From the NCBI GenBank assembly GCA_965222225.1, contig CBDCTK010000002.1:2528001-2592000 (forward strand): DNA of 64,000 nt, in the 5' to 3' direction. This document shows, piece after piece, positions 20,449 through 30,896 of the stretch. The DNA comes from Candidatus Poribacteria bacterium (lineage in GTDB: Bacteria > Poribacteria > WGA-4E > JAJDTR01). The notes under the pieces were generated by a model that worked only from the letters and a program-made list of their open reading frames with translations, did not search any database and was not told where the DNA came from. Position numbers and translations under genes: made by a program. Position 1 is the stretch's first letter. Every line of letters begins with the position of its first letter.

Positions 20449-22383
20449 ATGACTCCAAAATCCCTTAAAACTCCCGTCCGTGCTGACGCCTGTCAAACCC
20501 GCATAAAATTTCATGTCCTGCTGATTGGGCTTATGTTGGTGGGGATCAACAGTTACTGGGTACTGATGGGCACCGAGGTCTGGGATTCGACGCGGCTTAC
20601 CGTCGTGTCCCTGTTCTTTAACGCGGTTTTCACGCTGCTGATCTTGACCCTGATCAACTTTGCCGCGCACAAGTTCCTACCACGTTTGGCGATGTCGCAG
20701 GCGGATCTGATGACAATCTACGCGATGGTCGTCATGCTGACAACGATCAGCGGACACACGATGATGGGCTATCTGCTGCCGGCGATTGAGCACGCCTTCT
20801 GGTTTGCGTCGCCGGAAAACGAGTGGGAGCAATTATTCGGTGCGCATGTGCCGAATTGGATTGGGATCAAAGATCGCGAAGTATTACGGGGATTTTTTCA
20901 AGGCGAGTCCACGCTGTATACCGCTGAACACTTGCGCGCATGGATGCCACCGGTACTTGCATGGTCGTGCTTCGTCGTTGCGCTTTGGCTGGTTTTGCTC
21001 GCTTGCAGCGTGTTTCTTCGCAAGCAGTGGACGGAAAACGAGAAGCTCAGTTACCCAATTGTGCAACTCCCTATCGCTATGACGAGCGATCCGAAAGGCT
21101 TCTTCACCAACCACTGGATGTGGATGGGATTTGCGCTTGCGGGAGGAATTGCACTCCTGAACGGATTAAGTTATATCATTCCTTCAATCCCTTATCTAAA
21201 CGTCAAGGACCAGACGATTGGTCGATTCAGTACCAGGCCGTGGAGCGCGATGGGGCCCATTCATGTCTCCTTCTATCCGTTCATCATCGGTCTGATGTTT
21301 TTTACGCCCCTCGATCTCTCCTTCTCCTGCTGGTTTTTCTATATCTTTGGGCGCATCCAGCGAATTGTCGGAGACGCGATCGGTATGCAAAGCATCTACT
21401 TCCACGAGCAGTCGATTGGCGCATGGATCGCTTTTGGACTTATCCCGCTCTGGATGGGACGGCGATACTATCTCCGCATCGTCCGGAGGATTTTCAGCCG
21501 GCGCTATCCACTCGACGATCTAAACGAACCGATAACCTACCGATTGGCAGCGATGACGGTGTTGGGGGGATTGGCGTTTCTCGTGCTTTTCTGCCATCAG
21601 GCGGGCATGTCGTTTTGGGCAATTGGGTTGTTCTTCCTGATCTACTTCCCAATGGTGATTGGCATTACCCGTTCTCGTGCTGAGATCGGCCCTCCGGTCC
21701 ACACGCTGATCCATGTCGATCCGGGACGAACGATGGTCGCATCCCTGGGGACGCATCGACTTGGAACGGCGAACCTCACGATCCTGACCTATCTGTATCC
21801 CTTCAACCGCTGCTTCCGCGCCAATCCGATGCCGAGTGAACTGGAAGCTCTGCGTATCGCTGAACGGACAGGGATCGGCTATCGTCAACTGCTGATCGGG
21901 ATGATCCTGGCGATTGTATTCGGGATTTTTGTCACATTCTGGCTCTATCTGCATGTGATGTACGAGTTGGGCGCGGCAAACAAAGCGCGAGGCTGGATCG
22001 TCTACATGGGATGGGAAACGTTTAATCGCCTACAGACGTGGCTCGTCCTTCCACGGGATGCAAACAGCGCAGAAATGGGCGGAATCGCAGGCGGGTTTTT
22101 ATTCACGATCTTTCTGATGGTTATGAAATTTCGTTTCTTGTGGTGGCCCTTCCATCCGGGGGGTTATGTGCTCACAACAGGTGAGGGGCTCGGTCGTTCG
22201 TGGTTCGCTGTGTTCATCAGTTGGGCAGCCAAAATAACCATCCTGAAAATAGGGGGCATACGTTTGTATCGAAAAGCCGTCCCTTTCTTTCTGGGGCTCA
22301 TCCTGGGAGATTACACACTTGGCTGTGTGTGGAGCTTGATCGGAATCGCCTTCGAGATGCCGACATACGGGGTTTATGAGTAA
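20449..22383 (+). CDS. Large polytopic membrane protein (DUF6785/DUF6784-type, putative transporter)
   Basis: RKQWTENEKLSYPI, PLDLSFSCWFF, WWPFHPGGY and PFFLGLILG; many transmembrane segments. Confidence 0.8.
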   Translation: MTPKSLKTPVRADACQTRIKFHVLLIGLMLVGINSYWVLMGTEVWDSTRLTVVSLFFNAVFTLLILTLINFAAHKFLPRLAMSQADLMTIYAMVVMLTTISGHTMMGYLLPAIEHAFWFASPENEWEQLFGAHVPNWIGIKDREVLRGFFQGESTLYTAEHLRAWMPPVLAWSCFVVALWLVLLACSVFLRKQWTENEKLSYPIVQLPIAMTSDPKGFFTNHWMWMGFALAGGIALLNGLSYIIPSIPYLNVKDQTIGRFSTRPWSAMGPIHVSFYPFIIGLMFFTPLDLSFSCWFFYIFGRIQRIVGDAIGMQSIYFHEQSIGAWIAFGLIPLWMGRRYYLRIVRRIFSRRYPLDDLNEPITYRLAAMTVLGGLAFLVLFCHQAGMSFWAIGLFFLIYFPMVIGITRSRAEIGPPVHTLIHVDPGRTMVASLGTHRLGTANLTILTYLYPFNRCFRANPMPSELEALRIAERTGIGYRQLLIGMILAIVFGIFVTFWLYLHVMYELGAANKARGWIVYMGWETFNRLQTWLVLPRDANSAEMGGIAGGFLFTIFLMVMKFRFLWWPFHPGGYVLTTGEGLGRSWFAVFISWAAKITILKIGGIRLYRKAVPFFLGLILGDYTLGCVWSLIGIAFEMPTYGVYE

Positions 22384-22386
22384 TGT

Positions 22387-22736
22387 TAACCCAAGTTGCC
22401 ACTTTTTACTCAAGTTTCTGTTCTCATCGAATCGGCAACCCTTTCAACTTTTTGGCTGGAAGGAAAGGATGGAAGGGGAAGGAATCGGTTTCCCTCCATC
22501 CTTCCTTTTCTTCCCTTCCTGAATTCTGAATCAAGATCGCTAGCCACTGGGTTAAGATTATGGTAACCGTTCAGGCGATCATGTAGTATGACCAGAAGGC
22601 CCACACCACTATATGTTGGGGTGTTTCTCCCGTAGGAACACCAGCCGCTGGCTCGCACAGGTGGCGTCCTACAAGATACGGTATGGTAACGCACTGATAC
22701 CCCTACAAATTGTGGCATACCCACCTGAACGGTTAC
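22387..22736. mobile_element. Two adjacent small MITE-like elements (22387-22555 and 22563-22736)
   Basis: TTAACCCAAGTTGCCA...TAGCCACTGGGTTAA and GTAACCGTTCAGG...CCTGAACGGTTAC inverted ends; single ends recur near 46129 and 20343. Confidence 0.55.
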
Positions 22737-22869
22737 ATAAAATGAAAGGGCGGATTTTCAATTTAACTTGGAATGGAGAAGGAAATGTAGCTTCCCTATG
22801 GACGGTTCATATCCAACACTGGCACTTAAAATTCGACAGTGTCATCACATTACTTGGAGGAGGAAAAAG

Positions 22870-23172
22870 ATGAGAAGGTTTGTAGTAATTGGATTGGTAG
22901 TTGCATGTTTATCTTTGTTATTTTTTACCATTGGCGAAACAGCAATTGAGGATAATCTGGTGTTGCATTTGCCTTTCGATGAGGGCAAAGGCGATCCGGT
23001 TGAGGATAAGTCTGGAAAGGGCAATAACGGCGCTATCCAGGGCGGAGCAAAGTGGGTAGAAGGGAAGTCAGGAAAGGCATTAGAATTCAACGGCAAAGAT
23101 AGTTTCGTTGAGATTCAGGACAGCGCCAGTCTTAATCCAACTACTGGAACTTTTGCAGCTCCCCTCCTGTGA
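22870..23172 (+). pseudogene. Truncated secreted LamG-domain protein
   Basis: Signal peptide, LVLHLPFDEGKG..EDKSGKGNNG...ALEFNG. Confidence 0.8.
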
Positions 23173-23638
23173 AACGAGGGTGAAAGTCGTTGTCTGGCCA
23201 AAAAATGGATGGGGATTCTCCAAAGAGACCCGTTCCCCTAATGAGTTTTTATAATCGAGTTTTGTCAAAAACTTTACACACGCCCCTCCGGCTTTGCGCT
23301 TGACACTTTTTATTGGTAATGGCATAGCACCTTGTGTTTGTTATTATATCTAGTTTTGGATATTGACTCAACCGGATTATGCAAAAAAATCCGTATAATA
23401 CCCTCGGATATGGGGTTATACGGAAAAAATTCCGTATAATCATGAGTTAAACTGCAAGCAAAACTGCTATAGGCCGGTGGGTGTCTTATTTAAAAACCTT
23501 GAAGTCAAAACAGAAAAAGCACCCCTACGCGGGCCGTCCTGGCCGCCAAGAAAATCTTTGAAACGCTTCTTTTGCCTGATGGATTTGTTCTACAGCGAAT
23601 GAGCTATACGGAGTTTTTTCGACCACGACTGAGATATT

Positions 23639-24010
23639 GTGAGATCAGGAGAGGTGGAGACCGTAAAAGCAGTACTCAACGAAGACGCCGATTTAGTGCA
23701 TGCGATAGACCCTGATGGTTCGACGCCTTTACATCGCGCTGCATGGAAAGGTTATGTTGAAATCGTTGAATTACTGATTGATGCGGGTGCTGATATTGAC
23801 GCTCACAACAACAACACGCATTGGGGAACAACCCCACTTCATGCCGCATCACATGGGAAGCGAACGGCGGTTGCAAAACTCTTGGTTGAACGAGGAGCTC
23901 AAATCAACCTTCGTAGCCCTCTAACCAACTTGACAGCACTTGGACATATCAAGGCTCATAATGCAACGGCGGTTGCCAAATTTTGACTTCAACATGGTGC
24001 AGAAGAATAG
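23639..24010 (+). CDS. Ankyrin-repeat protein, ends frameshifted or truncated
   Basis: GSTPLHRAA and GTTPLHAAS repeats. Confidence 0.85.
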
Positions 24011-24088
24011 AGTTGGCTAACACTCGAAGGGGTTGCTCTATTGGCGTGCCTAACTGCATATAGCAACAGCGGAGGAGAATTCGCAGCC

Positions 24089-25504
24089 ATGATACAAGAC
24101 AATGATCGCCCGACCTACCATTACTTGCCTTCGGAAGGTCTTCTTTGGGATCCATGCGCAGCCATCTACTGGAAAGGTCGCTACCATTTGTTCTACCTGC
24201 ACAGCTCATGGGCAGAAGCCGGCCCCCCGCGTCGATCCGACGGATACATCTATAAAACTTGGGCCCACATCTCCTCCCCGGACCTGGTCCACTGGGAGCA
24301 ACATCCCAACGCGCTCGACCGTGGGCAGACAGGCAACCTGTTCCTCTTCAACGGGACCCCGACCGTCATCTACCCGCACCCGGACGGGGGAGGTGCCAGC
24401 TGTATCGCCACCAATCCAGAAGGTGATCTCATGCGCTGGCAATTTCACCCAAACGATCCCGTCTTGCGCCATCCGGTCCAGGGGACTGGGCTGTACCCAA
24501 GTAGCAACGACGTGACCGCGTGGCAGGAAGGTGAGTGGTGCTATGCGTTAACCGGTACACGCGATACCACAGAGGGAGGGGATACGCAACACCTGTTCCG
24601 CTCCGGCGACCTCGCCGAGTGGGCGTATGTGGATCGCTTCTATAAGTCAGAACGACGATGGACAGGTGCTGAAGACGATTGCGCCTGTCCCGACTTCTTC
24701 GAGTTAGGGGATAGGTGGGTGTTGTTGCACTTTTGCCACCAGCGTCCGTCCGGTAGCAGGTACTACCTTGGCCACTACGAGAATCAACGCTTCTATCCGG
24801 ATACCTTTGACCATATTAACTGGCCAGGTGGCAACTTACACGCCCCTAGGACGATGCTCGATGAGCAGGAGCGCCGTATCCTGTTTGCCAATCTGAATGA
24901 AGGGCGCAATCAAAGTGCGTGTGAGGCGTCCGGTTGGGCGGGGGTCTTGAGCCTGCCCGTCGTCATTTCGCTCGCACCGAATGGAAGTGCAATCCGCTAT
25001 GAGCCGGCCACTGAGTTGCAAGCCTTGCGCCAGGGTCTATGGCAGCGGACCGATATGGCCATCGAGGCCGGCAACGACGTACCGCTACCGGAAGTTCGAG
25101 GCGACTGTCTCGAACTCGAACTGGAGATGGAACCCAGGGGGGCCACTGAGTTCGGCCTGAAGGTGCGCTGTGCCCCGGACAGATCCGAAGAAACTCGCGT
25201 GTTCTTTTCGGTTGGGCCGCCGGCCATCCAGATTGACTTTAGCAAGGCCAGCCGGCGAGACGATCTGGACTATCAGACAGATACCACGGTCCAGGTAGCT
25301 CCTTTCGACTTCGAGCAGGGCGAACCGGTCAAACTGCGGGTCTTCCTCGACCATTCGGTCCTGGAGGTGTTTGCCGGCGATCAGCGTTATCAGTCCCAGC
25401 GCATCTACCCCATCCATCCGGACGCACTGGACGTGAAGCTCTTCAGCCGCGGCGGGTCCACCTTTGTCAAGCGTCTGAGGGCGTGGCAGATGGGTGGAGA
25501 TTGA
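24089..25504 (+). CDS. GH32-family glycoside hydrolase-like protein
   Basis: RPTYH, YHLFY, WAHISSPDLVHW, CPDFF and LRVFLDHSVLEVF; catalytic motifs atypical. Confidence 0.88.
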   Translation: MIQDNDRPTYHYLPSEGLLWDPCAAIYWKGRYHLFYLHSSWAEAGPPRRSDGYIYKTWAHISSPDLVHWEQHPNALDRGQTGNLFLFNGTPTVIYPHPDGGGASCIATNPEGDLMRWQFHPNDPVLRHPVQGTGLYPSSNDVTAWQEGEWCYALTGTRDTTEGGDTQHLFRSGDLAEWAYVDRFYKSERRWTGAEDDCACPDFFELGDRWVLLHFCHQRPSGSRYYLGHYENQRFYPDTFDHINWPGGNLHAPRTMLDEQERRILFANLNEGRNQSACEASGWAGVLSLPVVISLAPNGSAIRYEPATELQALRQGLWQRTDMAIEAGNDVPLPEVRGDCLELELEMEPRGATEFGLKVRCAPDRSEETRVFFSVGPPAIQIDFSKASRRDDLDYQTDTTVQVAPFDFEQGEPVKLRVFLDHSVLEVFAGDQRYQSQRIYPIHPDALDVKLFSRGGSTFVKRLRAWQMGGD

Positions 25505-25635
25505 AGGGAATTGATCAAGCCTATTGCCAAACATCCGTGCGACTGACAAGTGGGCTAAAATTGGACTCGAAGCAAACCAGACCAGATTGTTGGATATAGC
25601 CCGCCAAGGACGGTGCTTTTTGCTAAATGAGGGTG

Positions 25636-26484
25636 GCGATGATGATGAATAAACTGTTGGTGTTTCTGACACAAGAAAAGGTTCATAAAGGCTGGCGCTT
25701 CTGGCTGCTGTGGGTTCTGGCTACTAATCTCGGCTATTGGTTAGGTGTGGGCTTGGAGTTGTTACTGTTTGGCCGGATCATCAATATTGTCGCTGTACCT
25801 TTGGGCGGTATCGGGCAGGCGTACGTTCTCAACCAGCATGCTCTGACCCGATGGGAATGGGCAATTGCTAGCGCTGTCGGTTGGTGGCTTGGCATGGTAC
25901 CGGCTAGCTGGCTGCTCACGACATTTGCACCGAACCTGTCATTTTGGCCGTATGCGATTGCCTTCGCACTGATAGCCGGCACAGTGGTCGGTGTGACGAC
26001 CCTTTGGGTGTTGCGGCGCACGAGTCTGCGGATTGATTGGTGGTGGGTGCCAGTGAGTGCAGTCGCCGGGCATGATATGGTGTTTCTGTCCAAGGACCAA
26101 AACCTTGATGCCTACATTTTCGGCTGTCCGGTGTACAACGAGGAAGCGAGAGGAAAGTTGGAACACATGGGTATGAAGGTCCCAGAACCATGTGCTTGTG
26201 AAAAGAAGGCGGAGTGCTGTCCAAATGCAGAAATGGGCAGAATCTACCGTGTGCCACGTGAGATGCTCTCTCAGATTGAGTGGGATAATCCTCAGTTCAG
26301 TTACCACTTCAAGCTCGTCTATGCGTTACGCACTAAAATCGAACGCCTCATTGGCCGCATGAAATGCCGCTTCAAGATGCGCCATCTCTACAAGCGAGGT
26401 GTCGCCAACATCCGAGGGCATATCCTTAAGTTTATGAATCTGATGCATATCCTCGCCAGTGTCACCGGAACCTATGGCGTATAG
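25636..26484 (+). pseudogene. Chimera of a membrane-protein N-terminus and a DDE transposase C-terminus (IS5/IS1182-like)
   Basis: Hydrophobic FWLLWVLAT repeats to about 26070, then YALRTKIERLIGRMKCRF..RG. Confidence 0.6.
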
Positions 26485-27094
26485 GATGTGAAGCAGAAAT
26501 CGAGAAAAAGAGAAGCAAAACGCCGGGCGGAGTGTGCCCAAAGAACAAAAAACCAAGAGATTTTTGTTGATAGAAAAGCGAAAACTGAGTAAAATGGCCG
26601 TCGTATATTTCCCAAGCGACGCGCCGTTTTAGTTTCAACAGATCGAGTTGCGCCATTTCTGCGGTTGTTTTCATTGATTAGAAAGTCGGTCGGGCTTCCA
26701 AACCCGACGATCTCCGCAAAAAGCCAAATGTCGTGTAGCAGCGCGGACCCGACCCACTGCCGTTGGCGAAAGATGATATAAGCCTACGAAATCACAACTT
26801 GTGGGGGTTGATGTCATTGTGAGCCGAAGCCGCAGAATCGCGATCTTTCACAAAGCCTCAAGATGACATTTCAAACGAAATCCTTGGCTAAGTGTACCCT
26901 TGAACGTAGCAAAGAATCTCAGAAATGGGAAAAAGCAAACCCAATTCCGTATAAGAACTGATTTATGACTCGCGAGACGGATGATATCATGATTGTTTTG
27001 AGGTGAAATATGCGGTTCATTGAACTAACCATCTAACAAAATGCATCACGACCAATACGGTCTTTGTAACTCATATTTGTACAGGTGATTTCAC

Positions 27095-28114
27095 ATGCGC
27101 AATACGAATCGGCAGTGGCAGCTGGTGTCTTACCCAGAAGGCATGCCCACGGAAAGCAACTGGGCAATGTCTCAAAGCTCCATCCCTCAACCGGGCGATG
27201 ATGAGATGCTCGTCCGTGCTATTTATCTTGATGTCGCGCCATATATGCGCGGACGCATCAGTCCGCAGCAGAATTATACAGCCGGTGTCGGTCCTGGCGA
27301 TCTGATGGTCGGCGGGGCCATAGGTGAGGTCGTCCAGTCTAACGACCCAAGCTATAAACAGGGTGATATCGTGGTTAGCGGTGCCTTCGGTTGGCAGGAC
27401 TTCGGGGTGGTAAAACCTGCGATGGTACGTCGGATCGACGCCGATGTCGCCCCGCTCCCCTGTTGGATGGATTTTCTCGGCATAAACGGTGCGACTGCGT
27501 ATTTCGGTTTAGTCGGTGCAGCGGAAATGAAACCTGGCGATACTGTGGTCATCTCCGCCGCCGCGGGCTCAGTGGGGCAAATCGCTGGGCAAATCGCTAA
27601 GCTCGCAGGCTGTCGCGCCATCGCGATTACCAGTTCCGAGAAAAAGATTGCCTGGTGTCGTGAGTTAGGCTATGATGACGGCATCAACTACCGTACCGAA
27701 TCAGACCTGCCAGCGGCCATTGCCAGAGTCTGTCCTGATGGCGTCGATGTGTACTTCGACAATACCGCCGGACCTATCCTTGATGCGGTATTGCAAAATC
27801 TAGCACCCCATGCCCGCATCACGGTTTGCGGTACGGTGAGCCTCGCCGATAGATTCGATAAGCCGGATATCGGTGAACGTTTCATGCGCCGAATCTTGGT
27901 TTCTCGTGCCCGCATTCAGGGTTTTTTGGTCAGCGATTATCAGCAACATTACGAAGAGGCGTGGGCACGTCTTCTCAACTGGTATCGCACCGGCGCTCTG
28001 AAATGCGAATACGATATCGTAGAGGGGTTCGAAAACACCCCCAAGGCGTTTTTACGGTTGTTGACGAGCCAAAATCTCGGGAAACAACTGGTCAAGGTGG
28101 ATCAAGAGACATAG
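27095..28114 (+). CDS. NADP-dependent oxidoreductase (CurA/YncB, prostaglandin reductase family)
   Basis: PYMRGR, TAYFGL, SAAAGSVGQIAGQIAK, DVYFDN, NLGKQLV. Confidence 0.93.
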   Translation: MRNTNRQWQLVSYPEGMPTESNWAMSQSSIPQPGDDEMLVRAIYLDVAPYMRGRISPQQNYTAGVGPGDLMVGGAIGEVVQSNDPSYKQGDIVVSGAFGWQDFGVVKPAMVRRIDADVAPLPCWMDFLGINGATAYFGLVGAAEMKPGDTVVISAAAGSVGQIAGQIAKLAGCRAIAITSSEKKIAWCRELGYDDGINYRTESDLPAAIARVCPDGVDVYFDNTAGPILDAVLQNLAPHARITVCGTVSLADRFDKPDIGERFMRRILVSRARIQGFLVSDYQQHYEEAWARLLNWYRTGALKCEYDIVEGFENTPKAFLRLLTSQNLGKQLVKVDQET

Positions 28115-28630
28115 AAATATCCAATCAAGCAATCGAGCCGATAGTTGCCAAGACACAGGGTCGCCCAGACGTAAAATCATTGCGAATTTTCAAGCGAGAT
28201 AAAAATTTGACTTTGTCACATTGGCCCCCCAGCCCCCAATTCTGGGGGAGTGAGGTGATTTTCTCCCCCAGAATTGGGGGTTTTACCTTTACCCAGATCT
28301 TTTTACTCGGCGATGAAGTCGCCGAGCTACAGAATACGGCGCCCGATGAATCGGGCTTTCGGAGAATCTGAAAAGTCCGATTTATCGGACGCAGCCTTGT
28401 AGCCCGCTGATTCATCGGCGGATACAAATCCATGCCCCACACGGCTTTACCGGAAGATGAAAACTTGTGGGTAAAGGTAAGGAATTGGGGGTTGGGGGGC
28501 AAGCCAACAGTAGCTTTACCGATTATTTCTCGTAATGTGACAAAGTCAAGTTACTTTCAAGGGGGAAAAATGAAAACGTATCGCGCCGCTATTTCTAGGA
28601 TAAAATGCCGGAGGTACTTGGAGGATTTGT

Positions 28631-29419
28631 ATGAAGGCATTTATCGTTTCGCCTGAGCAGAAAGCCACGTTCGAAGAAGACGGATTTGTCGTCTTTCATA
28701 ACGTGCTAGAGAAGGCGGATATACAAGAGTTGATTGACCGTATCGACGGTCTGCTAGAGGGGCGTTACGATTCTGATGGTTTTATTGCTGGCCCTGCATC
28801 CACACAGACCGAGGAAGATGTGGGCAGGTTAATCAAACAGGTCATGCCGACGACTTGGAGAGATGGCAGACTTTATATAAAAGATCCGGTACTCAACAGA
28901 ATTAGCAAGCATCCCACCCTCACATCCATCGCGGCTCAACTTTTGGGCGATGAGGAGGTGTGGCTATTCCAACAGCAGGCGCTGCTCAAAGATCCGGGCG
29001 ATCCGAACCCCACACCCTGGCATCAGGATGACCATTACTGGCAGACCGGTGGCAGAGCTATCACCGCGTGGTTTCCACTGGAACCAGTTTCTAAAGAAAA
29101 CGGTACGATGTCACTTGTGCCCGGCAGCCACAAATGGGAAGTTTTGGAACATGTGCGTGCCAAGGGCGCGAGTCTGTTCAGGACGGTTAAGGAGAACCTA
29201 GACAATTCAATGTTCGTCCCGCTGGAGTTGCGACCTGGAAGCGTCAGCTTTCATCACTCCAAGACTATCCATGGTGCGTTCGCCAATATGGGGAGTGTCA
29301 GGCGAATTGCCTTAGCCCAACATTATGTATCCCCGAGGGATCATCTTCTCCTAGTGGAGAGGCGAGCCGAAAGGCGAAAGAAGGCAGAGCTCGATAGAAC
29401 GCGAAAACTATCCCAATAA
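28631..29419 (+). CDS. PhyH family dioxygenase
   Basis: FEEDGFVV, TPWHQD, VPGSH, PGSVSFHHSKTIHG. Confidence 0.92.
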   Translation: MKAFIVSPEQKATFEEDGFVVFHNVLEKADIQELIDRIDGLLEGRYDSDGFIAGPASTQTEEDVGRLIKQVMPTTWRDGRLYIKDPVLNRISKHPTLTSIAAQLLGDEEVWLFQQQALLKDPGDPNPTPWHQDDHYWQTGGRAITAWFPLEPVSKENGTMSLVPGSHKWEVLEHVRAKGASLFRTVKENLDNSMFVPLELRPGSVSFHHSKTIHGAFANMGSVRRIALAQHYVSPRDHLLLVERRAERRKKAELDRTRKLSQ

Positions 29420-29627
29420 CCATCGTCCCTCCTCCGGCCGCGGGGTTCAAGACCGGAAAGGTTGCGATTTTTGCCTTAATTTATTGGAATTTCAGAGGCA
29501 GATTTTCGTTGACACAGACTTGGAGATTGGTACAGAAACACCGTCATGACGAGGCTTGAGCTGACAATTTTTTGCTTAAGTTCATGTCATTCTACTAAGC
29601 CCAGATCTCTTATGGAAAGGAACAACG

Positions 29628-29960
29628 ATGATTAGCTTCAAATGCATAGTGCAGGAGGGCTGCGTACCGCAGGAGATACGTCCCGACTTGACGGCAGAAC
29701 TAGCTCGAATCAGCACATCTATACTCGGCGGCTCTCCCGACGATGTGGAGGTCGAGTTCGACGAGATACCAGAGGGTTACGGTTTCAGGGGTGGTGAGCC
29801 GTCTACCACATCTTTGGTCAGAGGCCATATACCCGACGGTTGCCAACAAGAGGTGCGTATCCAGCTATTACACGAGATTAGCGACATCTGGTGCCAGATC
29901 GCCGGCTGCTCCACTGACGAACTGGTGGTGTCAGCACGCGATCGACATTACCAGGGCTAA
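29628..29960 (+). CDS. Tautomerase-superfamily protein lacking the N-terminal Pro
   Basis: Beta-alpha-beta pattern resembling the cis-CaaD family; SD GGAAAGGA. Confidence 0.6.
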   Translation: MISFKCIVQEGCVPQEIRPDLTAELARISTSILGGSPDDVEVEFDEIPEGYGFRGGEPSTTSLVRGHIPDGCQQEVRIQLLHEISDIWCQIAGCSTDELVVSARDRHYQG

Positions 29961-30324
29961 TACCTTGTTTTCGCCCCAATAAGGCAGGAATCGAACACTC
30001 TCCCATACCGTCGAAACTCAGCCTGTGAAAGGCTTTGAAGCCTGCAAAAGGTCTCCCTTTACAGGATAGACCTTTTGAACCCTTGTGGTGCCTGAAAACC
30101 GTAGTTTTCACGGACATATTTCTTGACTAATGCGGTGGAAATCGGTCAAAATTGCGGATTTGTGGGTGAAAAGGTCGTGTACGACAAATCGCACCATTTG
30201 AGGGCTGTCCAAGCCAATAGGCGTAGGCGTTGAACGGTTTTTCTGAATGGCTCGATATGCCACTTATTGGTGCGAAATTGAGGTAATAAGGTCCATCTAA
30301 AGCATAAAAAAGAAAGGAAAGAAA

Positions 30325-30723
30325 ATGCCTGTATATCGCTGCAACACTCCCGCTGGTATACTTTCCCAAGATCAGCGCAACCAGCTTGCCAAGGCGTTTA
30401 CCGACGTTCATTGCAATCTTACCGGTGCGCCTAGAAAATTCGTGCAAGTCCTGGTCTTCGACACACCGCCGGGCGCCTCTTCCGGATACCCAACGCCTTA
30501 CTTCATTGACGGCGGCAATCGCGCCGGACGACCGCCGGAGACGAAGCAGGCAATCATGGATGGCTTGACGCAGGCGCTCTCCGACGTTGGCGGCCTCCCT
30601 CGGGCTTCGATTGGCGTGAAGATTACAGAACGCCCCGCGTCATGGTCGATGGAAGGGGGACAGATTCTACCGGAGCCTGGCCAGGAAGGTGCAGAGTGGT
30701 ACACTGAGCACACGGAAAGTTGA
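30325..30723 (+). CDS. Tautomerase, cis-3-chloroacrylate dehalogenase-like family
   Basis: Pro-1 (MPVYRC), HCNLTGAPRKFVQV, RAGR, MEGGQILPEPGQE. Confidence 0.85.
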   Translation: MPVYRCNTPAGILSQDQRNQLAKAFTDVHCNLTGAPRKFVQVLVFDTPPGASSGYPTPYFIDGGNRAGRPPETKQAIMDGLTQALSDVGGLPRASIGVKITERPASWSMEGGQILPEPGQEGAEWYTEHTES

Positions 30724-30896
30724 TTCAGAAAATACTCACGGTATTCCCAGTAGCAGAGACTTCAACTCGTCTCCACGCTTGACGCCCTTCTTGGAGCGAA
30801 TAAATTCGCCACTACAAGAGGAAGCGCGCGGCGCGGTCGAAAACGAACCATTCTTCACGTTTTCCTAGCATGAACCCACATCGAAAGGAGAACCTC

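Noticed and set aside
28132-28146. ATCAAGCAATCGAGCCGATAG as another micro-element copy
   Set aside because: Too short and degenerate to assign.
28125-28505. 125-aa ORF on the minus strand
   Set aside because: It is a translation of REP/MITE palindromes (CCCCCAATTCTGGGGG).
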